Source: Sumerlaeia bacterium (GTDB lineage Bacteria > Sumerlaeota > Sumerlaeia > SLMS01 > JAHLLQ01). From it: 34,299 nt of DNA. Positions 25,231-34,299 of this stretch are shown piece by piece. A model generated the notes under the pieces. That model worked only from the letters and a program-made list of their open reading frames with translations, did no database searches and was not told the origin of the DNA. Position numbers and translations under genes: made by a program. The first letter of the stretch is position 1. Every line of letters begins with the position of its first letter. The stretch is taken from contig JAVJSW010000048.1 of NCBI GenBank assembly GCA_040219255.1, forward strand, positions 1 to 34,299. The letters run 5' to 3'.

Positions 25231-27780
25231 ATGAAGTCTGCCTTGGCGCTTTCGCTGCCGGTCTCCGCTGTGATGTTGGCCGGATTGACCCACTCGGTTG
25301 GGGAGGCTTCTCCCGACTCGCGTGTGATCTACGTTTCGAAGAACACGGGGGCAGCTTCGTCGCCGTCCCATTTCACCACGATCCAGGGCGCCATCGACTC
25401 GGTGGACGACGCGGAGGCGACATCGCCGGTTTCCATCCTGATTTATCCAGGGACCTACGAGGAATACGTGACCGTCGAGACCAGTCACATTCTGCTTCAG
25501 GGCATCAGCAAGGACGCGGTGACGGTGAAGGCGCCGGCGAGCGGAAGTTCGCCGACGCTTTACATCGCGCTCGAGAGCGGCGAGAGCCTTCTCGATACGT
25601 TGGTCGAAGGCCTGACGATCACGGCTTCCGGCAGCGGCCTGGCGGCTGTGGCGATTTCGGGGGTGAACGGGACGACGAGCGCGGAAGCGGACGCAATTAT
25701 CGAGGAGTCACTGCTGGCTTCCATGAATGGCCCGGCGCTGACGATCACGGACAGCCAGGGGGTGCTGATCCGCAATGTGGTTCTGTCGGGAACAGGAAGC
25801 GTGGTGTCGGCGACCGGCGAGTTCATCCTCGACGGCTGTTCGCTGACGCTGGCAGGCAGCGGCGACGAAGTGATTTCTTCGAGCGAGCTCTTCACGGTCC
25901 GGCGCAGCCTGCTTCAAGCCTCTGGGACGACTGCGGCCGCGGTAGAAACCTCGACTACGGGAACGCTCGAGTTCGTGGCCATCGGCGAGAACCTGACGCG
26001 GGCGCTGGCGGCGGCGAGCACCGGGACCTTGGTTTCGGGGTATTCGTTCGCCAGTGTCACCGGTTTCGACTGGACCGGGGTGACGTTCCTGGCGGGCGGC
26101 GATGGGGGAGGGCTAAGCGAAGTGCCCGATCCGCTGGAGGTGGACGATCTGACGGTGAGCGTTAGCGCGACGATCGACGGAGCACTTCTGTCGCCGGGTA
26201 GTGGCAGCGAGAGCTTCAAGGGGGGCGCTGGCGCGGCCGCCTCGGGCATCTATGACATCGCCATCGGTAAGGACTCCTCCGCGTCGGGGACCTGGGGCGT
26301 GGCCATTGGCAAGGCGGCGCAGGCGACCGACACCGGGGCTGTCTCCATTGGATCTGGAGCCAACTCGGGGTATCGCGCCATTGCGATCGGTGCGGGTTCT
26401 CCCGTGGCCGCAAGCGAAGCCGTTGCTATTGGATACGACTCGGTGGCGGACCAGACATCGGCGGTCGCCATCGGGGATTTGGCATCCGCTACAGGTTGGG
26501 GCGCTGTGGCGATCGGCGTCGACTCTTCGGCGGTCGGCAGCAGCGGCGTTGCGGTGGGGCATGGGTCAGGTGTGGGAAGTTCCGCCGTGTCTATCGGCGA
26601 CGACTCAAGCGCCCTGCCCCAACATGCGGTGGCTCTGGGCGGGGATGCGGTCGCCAGCGATCGAGGCAGCATCGCCATCGGTAAGTGGTCCACCGCTTCC
26701 GGGTCCGAGTCGATCGCCTTCGGCAAGTCCGCCCTCGCAACCTTCACTAATGCGATGGCTCTGGGTTATCTCGCCGAGGCCACCAGTTGGGATGCTGTAG
26801 CGCTCGTGAGCGATTCGGAGGCTTCAGGTCAGCAATCGATGGCTTTGGGATACAGTAGCCGTGCCACAGCAAAGGACGCTGTTTCGCTGGGTACGAACGC
26901 GGAAGCTTTGTTCAGCAAATCGGTCGCGGTGGGAACAAGCGCGACAACGACCCGCTCTGCCCAAATTATGCTCGGAGCGAGCGACTATTCCGTGGCCATC
27001 CCAAAGGTCATCGAGTTTCTGGACCCGGGCACCTCGAATACGGCGGGCCTAACCGACCCGAACGCGGCTCTCCTTTTCGCCAAGACGGGCGATCTGTGGG
27101 TGCAGGCGGGCGATGGCAGCCAGACCCAGCTTTCGACCCACTACGATCCTCGCGATATTGACGGGAACGCAGCGACGTCCTTCGACGATCCCACCATCGA
27201 CGTGCCGTGGAGCTTGCATCACACGAACGTCTACATTGGCAAAGGCGCTGTGGTGGACATGGCCAAGATGGTCGCCTGGGTGGAGGCCGTCATGCAGGCG
27301 GATCTCGGCGCGAGCGCCGGCAAACTGGTTTACGAATACGACCTGCCGGCCAGCGAAATCCGCTCGGAAACAGACTACGAAGTCGCCTACTGGGCCGAGG
27401 CGGTTCGCAACGCCGACTGGATCGAAGTGGCTCTGGAAAACGGCACCCACATTCCGGCCTCCGCCTTCGAATCTGTGGAAATCATGGACGTGGTTGAGGT
27501 TCCCGCAACCCGATACGAGATCGACACGGCGACCCGCGCGGTCGTCGCCGTGGAAACGACCGAGCCGGTGGAAATCGGCACGGGCGAATACGAACTCCGC
27601 CTGCGGAGCGACTACAAGTTCGAAGACGGCAAGCTCTATCGCCGGCCGACGCCGGAGGATTTGGGGTTTGAGGGCGGCACGCAAAGTTTTGGCCTCTACT
27701 CGGGCTCCTCCTCCGGCAAGGCCGTGGCCGCGCCGACAGCGGACCTTCCCGAATGGATCGCTGACCGGGTCGCCCCATAA
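25231..27780 (+). CDS. Secreted protein with a pectin-lyase-like beta-helix and YadA-head repeats
   Basis: Signal-like N-terminus, FTTIQGAIDS..ILIYPGTYEEYV (pectinesterase-like start), about 17 repeats of ~14 aa (A.G..AVAIG..S.) at about 26239-26975, and an unrecognised C-terminus. Confidence 0.85.
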   Translation: MKSALALSLPVSAVMLAGLTHSVGEASPDSRVIYVSKNTGAASSPSHFTTIQGAIDSVDDAEATSPVSILIYPGTYEEYVTVETSHILLQGISKDAVTVKAPASGSSPTLYIALESGESLLDTLVEGLTITASGSGLAAVAISGVNGTTSAEADAIIEESLLASMNGPALTITDSQGVLIRNVVLSGTGSVVSATGEFILDGCSLTLAGSGDEVISSSELFTVRRSLLQASGTTAAAVETSTTGTLEFVAIGENLTRALAAASTGTLVSGYSFASVTGFDWTGVTFLAGGDGGGLSEVPDPLEVDDLTVSVSATIDGALLSPGSGSESFKGGAGAAASGIYDIAIGKDSSASGTWGVAIGKAAQATDTGAVSIGSGANSGYRAIAIGAGSPVAASEAVAIGYDSVADQTSAVAIGDLASATGWGAVAIGVDSSAVGSSGVAVGHGSGVGSSAVSIGDDSSALPQHAVALGGDAVASDRGSIAIGKWSTASGSESIAFGKSALATFTNAMALGYLAEATSWDAVALVSDSEASGQQSMALGYSSRATAKDAVSLGTNAEALFSKSVAVGTSATTTRSAQIMLGASDYSVAIPKVIEFLDPGTSNTAGLTDPNAALLFAKTGDLWVQAGDGSQTQLSTHYDPRDIDGNAATSFDDPTIDVPWSLHHTNVYIGKGAVVDMAKMVAWVEAVMQADLGASAGKLVYEYDLPASEIRSETDYEVAYWAEAVRNADWIEVALENGTHIPASAFESVEIMDVVEVPATRYEIDTATRAVVAVETTEPVEIGTGEYELRLRSDYKFEDGKLYRRPTPEDLGFEGGTQSFGLYSGSSSGKAVAAPTADLPEWIADRVAP

Positions 27781-27792
27781 GCAGTATTTCTT

Positions 27793-27838
27793 GGCTCTGG
27801 CCGGACGCAGCATGCGCCCGGCCAGAGCCGTTTTCCTT
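27793..27838 (+). terminator. Intergenic hairpin, probable terminator or attenuator
   Basis: GGCTCTGGCCGGACGCA-GCA-TGCGCCCGGCCAGAGCC followed by GTTTTCCTT. Confidence 0.6.
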
Positions 27839-27887
27839 GAATTTCCAGCCCTCGCCCCTCGTTTCCCACGACACACGGAAATCGGTT

Positions 27888-30800
27888 ATGATGACTCGTC
27901 TTCCGGGACTCACGTCCTTCTTGCTTCGCACGACTTCGCACATGGTTGTGGCGGCCTTGGCCGTATGTTTTTTACTCGCACCAGGCGAGAGTTGGGCGAA
28001 CTCCAACAGTCCCGGTTTCTATACCGTGGCGCCGGACGTTGGACTCAGTGTCCTCGGCACCGACTGCCGCGACGTGGTCTTGCAAATCGACTACGGAAAC
28101 GCGCCCTGCGACCCGATGGCGCTGTCGCTCGAGTACAGGGACGGCTCGACGGGTCTTTGGACGGAAATGAGCAACCTGTTCGACGCGGAGGGCACGACCG
28201 TGACCCTTCCGCTGATTCCAGCCGAGGGCTGCGGGTCCGTTTCGGTTTCCTGGGACGCCGGAGCCCAGCTCAACGACCCGCTCGGCGCTGGAGAAATCGA
28301 AGTCCGCGCCAAGGCGGAAATGGCCGTTCATGGTGAAGTCCGCTACGGCGAGACGAGCCTGACAATTACCGGCCCATGCGCTCCCACGGTTGACCTCCGG
28401 GCGATGGAAAACGTCTGTGGTACCGTCGAGTTCCTTGTCACGTCCTCCGTGCCTTCCTGCACGCCCGCGACGCTCTGGCTCGACTATGCCACCTCCGGCG
28501 GCGCCTGGCAGACGATGACAGTGCTCGACACCGGAGGCACCACGCAAACCCAGCCTCTTTCCCTGACAGACTCCTGCACGACTTTGCCGCTCACCTGGAA
28601 CGCCGCCCACGATCTGATGGCTTCCGTGGAAGAAGACGGTGTCAGCTTCCGCGCCCGGCTCATCACCGACCTGGGCGATGTGAGCGACCTGACGACCGGC
28701 GTTCTCGTTTCCACCTATCCCTGTCCAGACCTCGATCCAACTCTTCCCTACGACATCTTCGATGGAACGACGTTCTGGTACGACAACAGCACCTCTTCGC
28801 CTCAGGAGGGGGTCGAGGAGGGCACGATCGAGCGTAAGCGTACGGCGATCCTCACCGGCCATGTCTACGACACCCACGGTGACCCGCTTTCTGGTGTAAC
28901 TGTCACCGTCCTGGACTCGCCAGAGTTCGGCTACACGCGCACGCGCGCAGATGGCGAGTTCATTCTCGTGGTGAACGGCGGGAACCGGTACAATGTGGTC
29001 TATGAGAAGAACGGCTACCTTAGCGCCCAGCGCCAGTACAATGTGCCGTGGCAGGATGTGGCCAACATTCCCGACGTTCGGCTCTTGCAACTCGATCCTA
29101 CCGTGACGACAATCGATCTGGTGAATTCCAGCGACACCCTCAAGGTGGCTCAAGGAACCGAGGTGACCGACAAGGACGGGACGCGTTGTCCGCTTCTTTT
29201 GGTTCCGGCCTTTACCGAAGCTTGTGCGGTTATGGATGACGGTACGACCGCAGCACTTTCCACCATAAGCATTCGCGTGACCGAGTACACCGTTGGCGAA
29301 GGTGGTCCCGAGGCCATGCCCGCCCCGCTGCCGCCCAATACCTCGTATACCTACTGCGCCGAGTTCTCAGTGGATGAAGCACTTTCCATGGGGGCGAAAA
29401 CCGTTGAATTCACTCAGCCCATTCCATTTTATCTGGAAAACTTTCTCGACGCTCCCACGGGCGTTCAGGTGCCTGTAGGCTACTACGACGTAGACAAAGG
29501 GTACTGGATTCCGATGAAGGATGGTCACGTGGTCAAGATCGCCTCCATCACAGATGGCAAGGCCGACCTGGTACTCGAGTATTTCGAGGACCCGTTGGAT
29601 GAGGAACTGGCCGACGCGGGAGACTATGCTATTTTGGGAATTTCGGATGAGGAACGTGAAGAGTTGGCATCCCGCTATGACATTGGGGATACCTTGTGGC
29701 GGACTGGCTTGACACACTTCAGCTCAATTGACTGCAACTTTAATGTTTCGAACGAAGCGGATAACGATCCACCAAAAGGCGACGTGGAAAAAGGTAAGGA
29801 CCCGGAGAAGAGTCCTTCCGAACAAAGCGGCTTCGGCGTCATCGAGCTTCAAAATCAGGTGTTCCGCGAGCATCTCCCGCTGACCGGCACACCCGTCGGT
29901 CTCAATTACACAAGCCGCCGGGTTCCCGGTTGGAAAGCGGAAAATACGGTCAACGTTTCGCTCAACTATCCAGACATTCCCGAAGATGAAATGATCCTGG
30001 CTTCGATTCAGCTTCACGCCGGCGGGGCGATTGTGTCTCAGGATTTCGAGCCCAGCCAGACCATGGTCGCGGAGCTGACTTGGGAGCCTGAAGATGTTTT
30101 TGGCCGACCACTCAAGGGAAAATGGCCAGCCCAGATAGTCTACCAGTATACTTACCCCATGTATCTCCGCGCGGGATTTTCTGCCTTTTCTACCCTTCCC
30201 GTAGGTGGTGACGACACAACGGGGGCTGAGTGGGCCTCTGGCGGAAGCGGAAGTATCGTGGATTTTGATACGGAACGCGCCGAATACGTTTTTGAAGTGC
30301 GCCAGCCTATCGGAGAATTTGACTTCGGCCTCGGCCAGTTCGATGCGAAGGGCCTTGGTCTGGGCGGATGGAGCCTGAGCGCCCATCATGTTTACGATCC
30401 CAAGATGCGGGTCGTCTACAAGGGTGACGGAACGGATCTCGATCGGACGGATGAGTCTCGCATCAGCAGGAAGCTCTTTCAAGAGCTGATTTCGGATTCA
30501 TATTCACCATACTTCCCTCCATTTATGCATGACATGGTTGTTGCACCAAATGGAAACGTGATAGTCGCTTGGCGCGAATATGGCGGCCAAGATGAGGACA
30601 CCGGCGATTTTCTGACTATTCCATGTATTTACGAAGTTGACGTAGAAACTGGTGACGCGACCCTCATATATGAGGGCCTTCCTGGCTATGTCGAGTTCTA
30701 CAGTATCGATGTGGATCGTCGCGGGCAAATCTTCGTGGCTGATGAAATCAATCACTGTATCTATAAGATTCACGAAGTCAATTCCGTATGGACTTTAGAA

Positions 30801-33800
30801 ACAATCGCAGGCACCTTTGGGGTGAGCGGATTTTCAGGTGACCAAGGCCCGGCCGTCGAAGCTTTGTTAAATGAACCAGCCGATATCGCAGTGGCTCCGG
30901 ATGACACCATCTACATCAGCGATACGTACAATAGCCGCGTCCGGCGCATCATGACCGACGGCCGAATTGTCACGATGGCTGGAGACGGTTCGGTATGTTT
31001 CAGCAATGACGGGGACTATCCAAGTTGTTTGGGAGATGAAGGCGATTCAAAGGACGCGACTTTGCCTTTCCCTGGGGAAATCGTCATCGCCGATGATGGG
31101 ACGGTCTACGTTGAGTCCCGAGGTCGAATTCGCCGTATTGAAACGAATGGTATCATTACAACATATGCAGGTACTGGAACATATACTACAGCCCCTGCCA
31201 GTGGTACACCGGCAGCCGAAGCAGCCTTCCTCATCATTCAACGGCTTGACTTGGACAAAGAAGGAAACCTGTACCTGTACAATGAAGAAATCTTTTTTGA
31301 CTCGCTCAACAAGGTTTACCGTATCGACACGAGCGGTATTCTTACGGAAATAGCTGGAGGTGGATTGGCTCCACGCGATGAAGGTCCCGCGCTTCAGGAC
31401 CTATTTTCTTATACCAGCGTATTTGGCATGGCTGTCTCCCACGACGGTCGTTTGCTCATTGCGGAAGATGTGCAAGAGGAGCCCTATAACGGGGGCACTT
31501 GGTATGGCTTCGACCTTACCGCTGTACAACGAGCCTACTCCCAAGTCTCCGACTCGGAAGTAGTCATTCCAGATGGTGGTGTTCGCTATGTGTTTACCGC
31601 TTCTGGCCGTCACCTTAGAACGGAGGACATTGCGACCGGTCGGACGTTATTGACCTTCGATTACGATGAAGCTGGCCTTCTGGTTGAGATCGAAGACGAA
31701 GAAGGCCGGGTTGTAACCATCAACCGTGAGGCTGACGGAACTCCGACCTCCATCGAAGGTCCGTTCGGCCACGAAACGACCCTGTGGCTGAATTCCGACG
31801 GATTCCTTGAGCTTGTGACCGCACCGGATGGTAGCGTCACAGAGCTTGGCTATGATGGCGATGGCGGCCTATTGAATGAAATCACCAGCCCCCGGACCGA
31901 TGGGACCTACACCTACGAGGTCGAATACGATGTTCTTGGGCGGGCTACCAAGGCTTCCGACCCTTCCGGCGGTTTCACGTCCGTTTCCGAGGAAGAACTC
32001 GAGAATGGTTACGAAGTGACCAAGACAACCGCGGAGGGGCGCGAAAGCGGCTATGCCATCGTCAAGGACGAGAATAATCCGACTTATCGGGGGCGGATCA
32101 ATCGCTCCCCCGACGGTCTCGAAGTTGTAACGATCATGTACGCCGATGGACCGGATGGCGAGGCGAAGACGCAGACGACTTTCCCGAATGGCACGATTGT
32201 GACGCAAACGGTCTCGGAAGGCGATCCGTCCTTGGGTCCGCAGTATGATCTCACTTCGACTTCCGTGGCATCGACACCTTACAGCCGAGGAACGGCTGGG
32301 CTCGTGACGCTCTCGACCACGACGGAGTATCAGGTCACACTGGTCGATCCGGATGACCGGAGCAGCGCCATTGAGAATTCCACCTCAACCATCACCGCTC
32401 CGCAGAGCCGTGTCTCCAGGGTGGAGTACGACGCCTCGGTGCCGACGACTCGGACGCTGATCGCGACGTCTCCAGAGGGGCGCAAGTCGCGCACCTTGAC
32501 GGACGATCAGGACCGGACGCTGGAGACGGCGCTGCTGACGAACGGGACCACGTCGGTCAGTTCGAAGCGCCACAAGGTGGAGTATGATTACTTCACGGCA
32601 GACGAAAACGCACTCCATGCCGGCTTCCTCGAGAAGCTGAAGGTCGCGGACCGCGTGACGACGTACACCTACGACTCGGAGGGCCGCCTGTCGCTGATGG
32701 TGGACCCGCTGGGGCGCGAGGTGAGCTATGAGTACGACGCGAACGACCGCCCCACGACGGTGACCCTGCCGGGCGGCCGCGTGGTGGTGACGACCTATGA
32801 CGAGTCCGGCAATGTGGTCTCGATCAGTCCGCCTGGCAAACCGGCCCACGTGTTCGAATATACGGCGGTGAACCTGCCAGACGATTATGAGCCGCCAACG
32901 ATCGCCGGGCCGACGGCTTCGACGGTGTCGATCTACAACGCGGACCGCGAGCTGATCAAAACGATCCGGCCCGACGGCGACGAAATCGAGTACATCTACG
33001 AGGACGGTTCCTGTAACTGCTCGGATGCGGGGCGGCTCAAGCGCATCGAAACGCCCGAGGGCGATCACACCATGACCTACGACGAGTTCGGCCGCCTGGT
33101 GCGGACGGTGTCGCCGGGTGGGGAAGAGGTGCGGAGCGTGTACGACGGCGCCCTGATGGAGCGCACGGAAATCGATGGAGTGACGACAGGCACCCTGTCC
33201 TGGCTGTACAATCCGAACGATTTGCGGGTCGAGGAGTTCACGGTGCAATCGGGCGCCGCGACGACCTATACCCTCGAAATGGAGTTCGATGACGACGGCC
33301 TGCTGACCGAGCTGCGCGATGGGGATTCGACGCTGACGATGACCTTCACCCGCGATGCGGACACGGGCGACCTGACGGCGACGGCGCTGGGCCGGGTGAA
33401 CGACGCGCTGACCTACACGGCCTTTGGCGAGGTGGACAGCTATACGGCGTCGGTGTCGGGCAACGAACTCTTCAAGCAGGAGTTCACCTACGATAAATTG
33501 GGGCGGATTACCGGGAAAGTGGAGTATTTCGACGAAGCGACTTCGGATGTCTGGACTTACGGCTATGATGACGCCGGGCGGCTGTATTCGGTCGAGCTTG
33601 AGAAATGGGGTGTGGGGGCCAGCATTCCCTGGAAAGCCGGAGACCGCCTCTACGGCTACGACGCCAACGGCAATCGCAATGGTGTGTGGTCGTGGCCAAT
33701 CACGCAGGCCTCCCAGTCCTTCTTCGAACACGACGATCAGGATCGCCTGCTCGAGTACTACGACCATGTCCGGGGCGGAACGGTGGAGTTCACCTACAAC

Positions 33801-34299
33801 ACGGACGGCGAAATCGTGGAGAAGACGTTCAATTCCACGACCGAGGCGCAATACACCTACGACTCCCGCGGATTCCTGGAGTCCGTGACGTTAGGGTCCG
33901 ACACGATCACGTACGACCTCGACGGCCAGGGCCGCCGCGTGGCCCGCAAAGAAAATGGCGTTGTCAAGGACCGGTTCCTGTACAAAGACTTCATCAACCC
34001 GGTGGCGTGGCAGGACGCGGGCGGCAGCATCGCGTACTTTGTCTATGGCGGCCGGGGGCATGTGCCGGACTGGATGGTGAAGGGCGGGGCGTATTACCGC
34101 TTCGTGACCGATCGCCTGAGCCACGGTCCCCGTCTCCACGTTCACCACGCGTCGCACACTGCCCAGGTGATCGGTCACGAAGCGGTAATACGCCCCGCCC
34201 TTCACCATCCAGTCCGGCACATGCCCCCGGCCGCCATAGACAAAGTACGCGACGCTGCCGCCCGCGTCCTGCCACGCCACCGGGTTGATGAAGTCTTTG
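27888..34299 (+). CDS. Giant teneurin-like NHL/YD-repeat (RHS) protein, partial; colinear sequence ends near 34113
   Basis: Absent from the track (no stop in the window). Signal-like N-terminus; AILTGHVYDTHGDPLSGVTVTVLDSPEFGYTRTRADGEFILVVNGG (carboxypeptidase-regulatory-like/teneurin domain); LNYTSRRVPG and GLGGWSLSAHHVYDP; NHL repeats (GFSGDQGPAVEALLNEPADIAVAPDDTIYISDTYNSRVRR); many YD repeats (YTYDSEGRL, YGYDANGNR); start of the RHS core. Start and end checked to be in the same frame. Confidence 0.9.
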   Translation, partial: MMTRLPGLTSFLLRTTSHMVVAALAVCFLLAPGESWANSNSPGFYTVAPDVGLSVLGTDCRDVVLQIDYGNAPCDPMALSLEYRDGSTGLWTEMSNLFDAEGTTVTLPLIPAEGCGSVSVSWDAGAQLNDPLGAGEIEVRAKAEMAVHGEVRYGETSLTITGPCAPTVDLRAMENVCGTVEFLVTSSVPSCTPATLWLDYATSGGAWQTMTVLDTGGTTQTQPLSLTDSCTTLPLTWNAAHDLMASVEEDGVSFRARLITDLGDVSDLTTGVLVSTYPCPDLDPTLPYDIFDGTTFWYDNSTSSPQEGVEEGTIERKRTAILTGHVYDTHGDPLSGVTVTVLDSPEFGYTRTRADGEFILVVNGGNRYNVVYEKNGYLSAQRQYNVPWQDVANIPDVRLLQLDPTVTTIDLVNSSDTLKVAQGTEVTDKDGTRCPLLLVPAFTEACAVMDDGTTAALSTISIRVTEYTVGEGGPEAMPAPLPPNTSYTYCAEFSVDEALSMGAKTVEFTQPIPFYLENFLDAPTGVQVPVGYYDVDKGYWIPMKDGHVVKIASITDGKADLVLEYFEDPLDEELADAGDYAILGISDEEREELASRYDIGDTLWRTGLTHFSSIDCNFNVSNEADNDPPKGDVEKGKDPEKSPSEQSGFGVIELQNQVFREHLPLTGTPVGLNYTSRRVPGWKAENTVNVSLNYPDIPEDEMILASIQLHAGGAIVSQDFEPSQTMVAELTWEPEDVFGRPLKGKWPAQIVYQYTYPMYLRAGFSAFSTLPVGGDDTTGAEWASGGSGSIVDFDTERAEYVFEVRQPIGEFDFGLGQFDAKGLGLGGWSLSAHHVYDPKMRVVYKGDGTDLDRTDESRISRKLFQELISDSYSPYFPPFMHDMVVAPNGNVIVAWREYGGQDEDTGDFLTIPCIYEVDVETGDATLIYEGLPGYVEFYSIDVDRRGQIFVADEINHCIYKIHEVNSVWTLETIAGTFGVSGFSGDQGPAVEALLNEPADIAVAPDDTIYISDTYNSRVRRIMTDGRIVTMAGDGSVCFSNDGDYPSCLGDEGDSKDATLPFPGEIVIADDGTVYVESRGRIRRIETNGIITTYAGTGTYTTAPASGTPAAEAAFLIIQRLDLDKEGNLYLYNEEIFFDSLNKVYRIDTSGILTEIAGGGLAPRDEGPALQDLFSYTSVFGMAVSHDGRLLIAEDVQEEPYNGGTWYGFDLTAVQRAYSQVSDSEVVIPDGGVRYVFTASGRHLRTEDIATGRTLLTFDYDEAGLLVEIEDEEGRVVTINREADGTPTSIEGPFGHETTLWLNSDGFLELVTAPDGSVTELGYDGDGGLLNEITSPRTDGTYTYEVEYDVLGRATKASDPSGGFTSVSEEELENGYEVTKTTAEGRESGYAIVKDENNPTYRGRINRSPDGLEVVTIMYADGPDGEAKTQTTFPNGTIVTQTVSEGDPSLGPQYDLTSTSVASTPYSRGTAGLVTLSTTTEYQVTLVDPDDRSSAIENSTSTITAPQSRVSRVEYDASVPTTRTLIATSPEGRKSRTLTDDQDRTLETALLTNGTTSVSSKRHKVEYDYFTADENALHAGFLEKLKVADRVTTYTYDSEGRLSLMVDPLGREVSYEYDANDRPTTVTLPGGRVVVTTYDESGNVVSISPPGKPAHVFEYTAVNLPDDYEPPTIAGPTASTVSIYNADRELIKTIRPDGDEIEYIYEDGSCNCSDAGRLKRIETPEGDHTMTYDEFGRLVRTVSPGGEEVRSVYDGALMERTEIDGVTTGTLSWLYNPNDLRVEEFTVQSGAATTYTLEMEFDDDGLLTELRDGDSTLTMTFTRDADTGDLTATALGRVNDALTYTAFGEVDSYTASVSGNELFKQEFTYDKLGRITGKVEYFDEATSDVWTYGYDDAGRLYSVELEKWGVGASIPWKAGDRLYGYDANGNRNGVWSWPITQASQSFFEHDDQDRLLEYYDHVRGGTVEFTYNTDGEIVEKTFNSTTEAQYTYDSRGFLESVTLGSDTITYDLDGQGRRVARKENGVVKDRFLYKDFINPVAWQDAGGSIAYFVYGGRGHVPDWMVKGGAYYRFVTDRLSHGPRLHVHHASHTAQVIGHEAVIRPALHHPVRHMPPAAIDKVRDAAARVLPRHRVDEVF
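33983..34299. repeat. Terminal fold-back inverted duplication (131-bp arms)
   Basis: 34169-34299 is the reverse complement of 33983-34113 with one mismatch. The spacer encodes the gene's continuation (HLGSVRRVVNVETGTVAQ) on the - strand. Confidence 0.92.

Noticed and set aside
382-33851. Many long antisense or alternate-frame ORFs (e.g. 382..1503, 3630..5003, 11814..12815, 15271..16497, 27972..29153, 32385..33851)
   Set aside because: They are shadows of real genes in high-GC DNA, with no motifs or SD and with biased composition.

Overview
GC-rich bacterial DNA with three parts. (1) 1-1302: the 5' part of a secreted protein gene that the ORF track missed. (2) About 1.7-24.5 kb: an accessory region. 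It holds a complete three-gene Shango-type anti-phage operon (TerB-domain protein, DUF2791-type ATPase, Lhr-like helicase) and a HigBA toxin-antitoxin (TA) pair. A leftward module follows, apparently controlled by a divergent XRE repressor with twin palindromic operators: small ORF, zinc-finger-less RadA/Sms ATPase, internally repeated NERD-like protein, excisionase, leader ORF plus long hairpin, and a very divergent 734-aa tyrosine recombinase. Next come an Mrr-type nuclease, a GNAT/DUF1778 TA pair, a BRCT protein and a complete plasmid-type replicon (Rep, 7 iterons, 2 DnaA boxes, AT-rich tract, type Ib ParA with partner and 8-bp periodic array, Toprim protein). A PC4-like protein, a frameshifted ArdC and a YjzC-like micro-protein close this part. 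(3) 25.2 kb to the end: a YadA-head-repeat protein without an anchor domain, then a >2000-aa bacterial teneurin-like NHL/YD (RHS) protein, also missed by the ORF track. The last ~190 bp are a fold-back inversion, probably an amplification or assembly chimera. The best candidate for an undescribed system is the XRE/RadA-like/NERD-like/xis/recombinase module at 8970-15208. All family calls come from motif recognition by eye; no searches were run and no att sites were found.
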